Both the position numbers and the translations under genes were made by a program. Shown piece after piece: positions 58,470 through 64,000 of a stretch of 64,000 nucleotides of DNA. Below the pieces are notes generated by a model. That model saw nothing but the letters and a program-made list of their open reading frames with translations, was not told where the DNA came from and ran no database searches. The stretch comes from Candidatus Magasanikbacteria bacterium RIFCSPHIGHO2_01_FULL_41_23 (GTDB lineage: Bacteria > Patescibacteriota > Patescibacteriia > Magasanikbacterales > UBA922). How positions within the stretch are numbered: the first letter of the stretch is position 1; each line of letters begins with the position of its first letter. The stretch is from the NCBI GenBank assembly GCA_001782805.1, contig MFPT01000002.1, positions 5,401 through 69,400 of the forward strand. Direction: 5' to 3'.

Positions 58470-59732
58470 ATGACTCTTCTGACTGACAAACTTCGCGACC
58501 AACCAATAATTTACGTAACGCACGATATTGAACGCGCACTTGGTTTGTCACTCAACACGTCTGGCTATCATATTATTACAAATTCCACTCCTTTTGGGAA
58601 GACAGTGGCCAAAAATAATCCCAATGTTCTCCTGATTGAATCCAACGAATTATTGGACACGCATGAATTGCTGACTTCGCCGGAAACCATTGAATTTATA
58701 AAAAAATTAAAAAATCCCCGAATTTTAGTTTTCAAAAATACCAAAGTCATTGAAAAAATTTGTGCCGAGCATAAATGGAAATTATTAAATCCGTCCGCGG
58801 AACTCGCGCAGAAAGTGGAAGATAAAATTTCACAGATAGAATGGCTTGGTGACTTGGCTCGTTTTTTGCCTGAACATGAAATTCTAGTTTTGAAAGATGT
58901 GATTTTTGCCGAGACTCCGTTTATTTTGCAATTTAATAAATCTCACACCGGCCATGGCACAATCCTGATTGATCGTGAAAAAAAACTGACTGATCTGAAA
59001 ATACGATTTCCGGATCGTCCCGTGCGCGTCACAAAATATCTGGAAGGAATAATCTTGACTACAAATAATGTGGTGACTAAAGATGATATTTTAGTTGGTA
59101 ACATTAATTATCAAATAACCGGTCTCGCCCCATTTACTGACGAACCGTTTGCGACCGTGGGTAATGATTTCAGTTTGGCCAATCAATCATTATCGGAAAA
59201 ACAAAAAAAACAATATGCCGAAATTGTTTCAACAATCGGTAAAAAATTGCGCGCTAATGGTTGGAAAGGCTTATTTGGCATTGACGTTCTGTTGGAAAAA
59301 ACCTCGGGGAAATTATTTTTAATAGAAATTAATGCGCGTCAGCCGGCCGGAACTACGTTTGAAGCGAAATTACAAGAGGCAAAAATCAATATTCAAACAG
59401 AATCAGGACAAAAAATAGAAAAAGCCATAACAACATTTCAGGCGCATCTAATGAGTTTGCTGGATCTTGATTTATCTGATAAAAAATTAATTGAAATAAA
59501 CAATGGCGCGCAGATTATTCTTCGTAATCAAAATGGATTGCTCTGGAATAAAAATGAATTGGAAAGTATTTCAGAAAAGTTAATCACGGAAAAATTTAAT
59601 GTGATTCCGTATACTAATATCGCACAAGGATCGGATCTTTTGCGGATTCAAAGTGAGCGAGGGATTATGAAAAATGATGGTGAGTTTAATGATGTGGGAG
59701 AAAAACTCCTAAGTGCACTAGGGGTACGATAG
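58470..59732 (+). CDS. ATP-grasp-fold protein (hypothetical)
   Basis: The central region with HTGHGTILID and GLFGIDVLLEKTSGKLFLIEINARQ resembles an ATP-grasp core. Confidence 0.45.
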   Translation: MTLLTDKLRDQPIIYVTHDIERALGLSLNTSGYHIITNSTPFGKTVAKNNPNVLLIESNELLDTHELLTSPETIEFIKKLKNPRILVFKNTKVIEKICAEHKWKLLNPSAELAQKVEDKISQIEWLGDLARFLPEHEILVLKDVIFAETPFILQFNKSHTGHGTILIDREKKLTDLKIRFPDRPVRVTKYLEGIILTTNNVVTKDDILVGNINYQITGLAPFTDEPFATVGNDFSLANQSLSEKQKKQYAEIVSTIGKKLRANGWKGLFGIDVLLEKTSGKLFLIEINARQPAGTTFEAKLQEAKINIQTESGQKIEKAITTFQAHLMSLLDLDLSDKKLIEINNGAQIILRNQNGLLWNKNELESISEKLITEKFNVIPYTNIAQGSDLLRIQSERGIMKNDGEFNDVGEKLLSALGVR

Positions 59733-59789
59733 TGCTAACACATAAACAAACTCCATTTTTAAGCCTTAATCAAACTTCGCGAGATCTTT

Positions 59790-59843
59790 TTCTCGACCAC
59801 TCGACCCTTCGACAAGCTCAGGGTAAACAGGCCCGAGCATCGA
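59790..59843. repeat. GC-rich repeat element copy C (reverse orientation, internally deleted)
   Basis: ctcgaccactcgacccttcgacaagctcagggtaaacag parallels the reverse complement of copy A (cctcgacttccctcgactaag...ctcggggtaaacag). It lies within a 390-bp GC-rich non-coding region. Confidence 0.35.
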
Positions 59844-60129
59844 GAAAAAAGACCATCGCTCCAGTTTGCTTATTTGTACATTGGATGTTTCGCTGTTGCA
59901 TTAGTGAGGTTGGCAATTATCCCATAACGCGCACGTTTGGACGCGAGGCTGAATCTATACTATATATAATCAAAGCCGAGCGGACAATGTAGGGAGCGAG
60001 CCATTCACTGAGTATATACTGCGAGCGAACGGCGCGGTTGGGATGATTGACACCGAACGAATATTGGCGATAACCGTAGGTTAAGTGAATTTTTATTTTA
60101 ATTTCCTTTGTGTATTTATGAATTAAAGT

Positions 60130-60888
60130 ATGTCAAAACTTTCTCCTCAAGCTCAAAAAATAATCAAGGATTATTTAGTTCTCCCTTTTCCCGACCATGC
60201 AATCAGCGCGCCCTATTTTAATAATCAACGCGTCAAAATGCGCGCGGCCTTGCGCGTGCTTATCGGCAAAGGATCATCGCAAGACATTGTAGAAGAAGCA
60301 CAAATTATTTCTTTACGCGATAAAATTGATTTGGAAAAATTAAATAATACGGATTTAAAAAAATTTTTGGTTGAACATAATCTGGGCGTGGATTGCTCGG
60401 CTTTGGCTTATTATATTCTGGATGCGGAAAATCAAGCGCGCGGTTTGGGATTGCTAAAAAAACAAATTATATTTACGAACGCCAAAAATCCCTTCCGAAA
60501 AATTCTCGCAAAATTACGTCCGGTGGAAAATATCAGTGTCGCTGTTTTGGCTGATGATAAAAACAGTAAAATCGTTACGCTCGATACCATACAAGCCGGC
60601 GATTTGATTATTTTGTGGCGCACCGGAAAAGACCATAAACTCAATCATATTTTAATTGTTCACCAAGTGGACGGAAACAAAATTTCCTACGTACATTCAT
60701 TCCGCTGGAGCAAAGATGGCCTTTACGATCATGGCGTGCAACAAGGCACAGTTACTATTTCTGACAAATCCAAATCATTGGCTGAACAAATTTGGGAAGA
60801 AAAAAATAAAATCGGTGAGGAAAATGAAACTTGGCGACATGTTCAATTAGCCGAACCGGTGGAAATTCGTCGGTTGAACGCCTTTTGA
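60130..60888 (+). CDS. Hypothetical protein, possible NlpC/P60-like papain-fold hydrolase
   Basis: Cys in GVDCSALAYYIL, then GDLIILW...HILIVHQV with His, in the order expected for NlpC/P60. The match is weak. Confidence 0.4.
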   Translation: MSKLSPQAQKIIKDYLVLPFPDHAISAPYFNNQRVKMRAALRVLIGKGSSQDIVEEAQIISLRDKIDLEKLNNTDLKKFLVEHNLGVDCSALAYYILDAENQARGLGLLKKQIIFTNAKNPFRKILAKLRPVENISVAVLADDKNSKIVTLDTIQAGDLIILWRTGKDHKLNHILIVHQVDGNKISYVHSFRWSKDGLYDHGVQQGTVTISDKSKSLAEQIWEEKNKIGEENETWRHVQLAEPVEIRRLNAF

Positions 60889-60922
60889 AAAAATCCCTCA
60901 TCTGTGTTAGACTCAATCCATT

Positions 60923-62053
60923 ATGCCGATTTCTTCTGAATCGCTTCTACTTATTCGCGAAGCTATTGGTTACAGTTTGCTGGCAACTATTTTTAGTTTT
61001 TTGTGGGCGCCATTACTCACGAAAATTTTGTATTCCTGTAAAATCACCAGAACCAATCCCTATGATCCGACTCTGGCCATGGAAGGACGGCGGGAAAAAA
61101 TCGGCGTGCCCATTATGGGCGGATTATTGGTAATTGTGACCGTGGCACTCATGACCATATTATTTAATTGGGAACGAAAATTTACTTACGTCCCGATTGG
61201 TGTGATGCTTTTATCCGCGCTTCTGGGCGGCATTGACGATGTCTTAAATATCTATGGCGAACGCCGTCGTAACCGTGATTTAAAGCATACTTTACGTTTG
61301 ATTCATGTGCACAAAAATTGGGGCAGTAAAGTCTGGTTGATTTTAACCTTGCCTTGGGCGATTTTCAAACGAACATCACTTTGGCTCGGATCGCATCCGG
61401 GCAAAGGAATACACGTGCATGAAAAACTATTATTGCAATTCGCGGCCGGCGCGATTACGGCGTGGTGGATTTATTATAAACTGGGTGACAGCTGGCACAA
61501 TATTTCCATTCCTTTTGATGGTTTTATTAATGTTGGATGGTGGCTCATTCCGCTGATTATTTTCTTTGTGATGATAACGGCCAATGCGGTCAATTTCGCG
61601 GACGGTATGGATGGTTTGGCCGGCGGATCGCTCATCATTACATTTGCGGCGCTGACACTTTTGAGTTGGCTCGCCGGTATTGCTGAAATTACGATTCTAA
61701 ACGCGACAGTAGTGGGCGCGCTTATCGCCTACACGTATTTCAATATCAAACCCGCGCGTTTTCAGATGGGAGATGTGGGATCGCTTGGTTTGGGCGCGCT
61801 CCTGGCCATTAACACGATTGTCATTAATAAAATGGTACTCTTGCCATTATTCGGTTTTATTTTTTACATTGAAATTTTTAGCGTCTTAATTCAAATTTTT
61901 GGCCGGCATTTTCTTGGTCGTCGTATTTTTAAAATGGCGCCGATTCACCACCACTTTCAATTGCATGGCTGGAGCGAAGAAAAAACCGTGATGCGCTTTT
62001 GGATTTTGCACGCGGCGGCCGTGCTCTTGGGCGTGTGGATCGCATTGTATTAG
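60923..62053 (+). CDS. mraY: Phospho-N-acetylmuramoyl-pentapeptide transferase
   Basis: NAVNFADGMDGLAGG and APIHHHFQLHGWSE (the MraY PIHHHFE signature), with 10 TM helices. Confidence 0.9.
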   Translation: MPISSESLLLIREAIGYSLLATIFSFLWAPLLTKILYSCKITRTNPYDPTLAMEGRREKIGVPIMGGLLVIVTVALMTILFNWERKFTYVPIGVMLLSALLGGIDDVLNIYGERRRNRDLKHTLRLIHVHKNWGSKVWLILTLPWAIFKRTSLWLGSHPGKGIHVHEKLLLQFAAGAITAWWIYYKLGDSWHNISIPFDGFINVGWWLIPLIIFFVMITANAVNFADGMDGLAGGSLIITFAALTLLSWLAGIAEITILNATVVGALIAYTYFNIKPARFQMGDVGSLGLGALLAINTIVINKMVLLPLFGFIFYIEIFSVLIQIFGRHFLGRRIFKMAPIHHHFQLHGWSEEKTVMRFWILHAAAVLLGVWIALY

Positions 62054-62054
62054 T

Positions 62055-62708
62055 ATGCCGAATTATTTAAAATGGCAAGAAAAAAATATTATTGATTTTT
62101 CCGCAAGAAATATAACTTCACTCTACGACGACGGTTTTATTTTTACACGAATCAATAAAGGCGCGATGAATCAAACACGTAGTCTGCGAATTGACCTTAA
62201 AAAATTTCTACTTTCCAGTGAAAATCGCCGTGTGCTCAAAAAAATCAATAGTTTAGAATTAACCGTGGCTCCGCTTCCCTATTCCCATTATCATTGGTCA
62301 ATTGGAAAACTGGCCAAAGATTTTTATGATATTAAATTTGGTGAAGGTATTTTTACCGCGAATAAAGTCAAAGAAATTCTGACTGAAAAAGAAAAAAGTA
62401 ATTTTAATAAGTTGTTGACGTATTCTTTAGATGAAAAAATCGTCGGTTATTGTATCGCGTATGCCAATTCTAATTTTCTGCACTACAGTTATCCGTTTTA
62501 TAACCTATCGGAAACTCAATCAAATTTGGGAATGGGAATGATGTTACAAGCGATTATGCACGCGCAAAAAGAAAACAAAAAATATATTTATTTGGGATCG
62601 TTTCAACGGCCGACTGATGTTTATAAATTACAGTTTGCTGGTTTGGAGTGGTTTGATGAAAAAAAATGGAGCAAAAATTTAGAAGATTTAAAACGTAGTT
62701 TAATTTAA
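62055..62708 (+). CDS. Hypothetical protein, possibly an aminoacyl-tRNA-dependent transferase (ATE/Bpt or Fem-like GNAT fold)
   Basis: The gene is tightly coupled to mraY, with a 1-nt gap. The C-terminal YIYLGSFQRPTDVYKLQF weakly resembles ATE_C. The family assignment is uncertain. Confidence 0.3.
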   Translation: MPNYLKWQEKNIIDFSARNITSLYDDGFIFTRINKGAMNQTRSLRIDLKKFLLSSENRRVLKKINSLELTVAPLPYSHYHWSIGKLAKDFYDIKFGEGIFTANKVKEILTEKEKSNFNKLLTYSLDEKIVGYCIAYANSNFLHYSYPFYNLSETQSNLGMGMMLQAIMHAQKENKKYIYLGSFQRPTDVYKLQFAGLEWFDEKKWSKNLEDLKRSLI

Positions 62709-62726
62709 ATTATTTAAAAAATATCT

Positions 62727-64000
62727 ATGGAATCATACACATTCATGTGGGGACAAAGGCAATCAGCCATGATCACTCAAGCGATGTTATGTCAGGTAAC
62801 AAAAGACTTTGATAAAAACGGAAATATAATTGACTCCGGAATTCCAGAAACAATTTTTACTTCAGTCGATGGTGTATTTGAGCACTACATGCCGAATGAC
62901 TCCATACAACGGCTTGAACAGAACGGAGAAAAAAATTTGGATTCTGACTTTGTAGAAATGCTTAACAAAAAGATTGAGGATCAACATAAAAATTTTTACC
63001 AATTTTGTGAATCTATTTCTAAACAATCACTTGCTAATCTCAGCAATAGCGAATTACTTCTACGAATCGAGGACTACCAAAATTATCTTAATCGAACTCT
63101 AACTTTTTTTGAACTGTCAACACCAGCTGGAACAGCGTCTCTAGTTCACTCAATAAAAAATATCTTGAACGTCTATGTTGAATCCGATAAGGTCGATGAT
63201 TATTTTCTGGCTTTAAGTACACCAGGCGAGAAAGACTCAACTATGGAGGAACGGATAGACCAGTGGCTACACATCCAAAACAATTCTATTACTGAATCAG
63301 ACTTATTACATCATGCATGGAAGTACCCAGCGTTATTCTTTAATACTTATGATGTTACCACTGTGATACACTTCTTAAACGATCGAATAAAAATTGAACG
63401 CCAGAGAGACATCATGGCAGAAATTGCCAAAATAGAAAAACATCTTTCAAAAATAAAAACGGAACACGAAAAAATTTACGTAGAAATTCACGACAGGCGA
63501 CTCCGTCAGTACTCCATTACCCTCCAAAGATACGCGTTATTGCGCTATCGCTTAAAACATCTATGGAGCGGGGCGGAATATTTATGTTTAGGGCTAATGC
63601 AGGAAACGCAAAAAAGAATCGACGGTAATTTTGAAGATTTCATAAAAACGTATTCCTTTTCTGATATTGCAAAATTTCTTGAAACTGGAGAATCTTTGGA
63701 TACACAACAAATATCCAACAGACTCAAACGGACAGTTATTCATTATAGGGAGGGAACTTGTAATTACTATTACGGTGATGATGGTGAAAAATTTTTAATC
63801 AGCAGGGGGATACATAAAGAAGGTCACCAGGTTTCATTAGGTACTCAAAAAATTAAAGGAAATATCGCTAACAAAGGACTGATAACTGCTCGAGCTCGCA
63901 TCATCAACGTTGAAGACTTGGAGCAATTTATGAAAGATAGCCAATTATTTCAGAAGGGTGAAATTTTGGTTACAACAATGACTTCGCCGATCATGGTGTC
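62727..64000 (+). CDS. Partial CDS: protein with a PEP-utilizing-enzyme mobile (phosphohistidine) domain and a non-canonical N-terminal region. The C-terminus lies beyond the window end.
   Basis: Hand translation from ATG 62727 reaches the window end with no stop codon. The last 60 aa (GIHKEGHQVSLGTQKIKGNIANKGLITARARIINVEDLEQFMKDSQLFQKGEILVTTMTSPIMV) match the PEP-utilizers swivel domain, including the TxxxP core. The preceding roughly 370 aa lack the PPDK_N/ATP-grasp GGK motifs. Confidence 0.55.
   Translation, partial: MESYTFMWGQRQSAMITQAMLCQVTKDFDKNGNIIDSGIPETIFTSVDGVFEHYMPNDSIQRLEQNGEKNLDSDFVEMLNKKIEDQHKNFYQFCESISKQSLANLSNSELLLRIEDYQNYLNRTLTFFELSTPAGTASLVHSIKNILNVYVESDKVDDYFLALSTPGEKDSTMEERIDQWLHIQNNSITESDLLHHAWKYPALFFNTYDVTTVIHFLNDRIKIERQRDIMAEIAKIEKHLSKIKTEHEKIYVEIHDRRLRQYSITLQRYALLRYRLKHLWSGAEYLCLGLMQETQKRIDGNFEDFIKTYSFSDIAKFLETGESLDTQQISNRLKRTVIHYREGTCNYYYGDDGEKFLISRGIHKEGHQVSLGTQKIKGNIANKGLITARARIINVEDLEQFMKDSQLFQKGEILVTTMTSPIMV

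Noticed and set aside
59732-59992. 86-aa ORF in the GC-rich spacer
   Set aside because: It is Arg/Cys-rich with no RBS, and it overlaps repeat copy C. It is treated as non-coding.

Overview
This is an AT-rich bacterial window with densely packed, mostly short genes, plus small islands of unusual content. Core housekeeping genes are present and confidently called: ligA, metG, rsmI, def, fmt, rpoD, dnaG, cysS, dnaX, folD, dus, secA, secD, secF, hpf, murB and mraY. The gene repertoire is consistent with a reduced-genome lineage such as the Candidate Phyla Radiation (Patescibacteria) or a similar small-genome bacterium; that placement is an inference. It rests on the degenerate PriA, a SWIB-domain protein, the abundance of membrane and secreted hypothetical proteins, and an orphan VirD4/TraG-like ATPase. 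Standard stop-codon usage appears to apply. Two tRNAs are present: Lys-TTT at 21407-21482 and Gln-CTG at 35351-35421. I found no rRNA and no CRISPR array.

The observations most worth following up are:
- A family of short GC-rich palindromic repeats, one copy inserted in-frame in the zinc-finger region of ligA, in the manner of Rickettsia palindromic elements.
- A roughly 420-bp high-GC island (4743-5160) embedded in the AT-rich background.
- A PriA homolog that has lost its Walker A motif, its DEEH motif and its Cys-rich zinc region.
- A SecD carrying a tandem parvulin (SurA/PpiD-like) insertion in its periplasmic head domain.
- An accessory island (39.4-45.3 kb) holding a DUF4143 ATPase, a Fic protein, and an operon of a 2H-phosphoesterase-like protein, a 453-aa unknown protein and two paralogous Cys/His-rich small proteins. 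It is flanked by palindromic hairpins and a C10 homopolymer tract.
- Two paralogous membrane-anchored proteins, one fused to a VirD4/TraG-like coupling ATPase.
- A surface-protein locus combining DUF4430 domains, prenyltransferase-like repeats and a membrane protein.
- Several GC-rich structured non-coding regions: a promoter-plus-terminator candidate sRNA at about 474-672, and leaders upstream of metG and of a UMP-kinase-like gene.

All functional calls are based on motif recognition by eye. No database searches were run.
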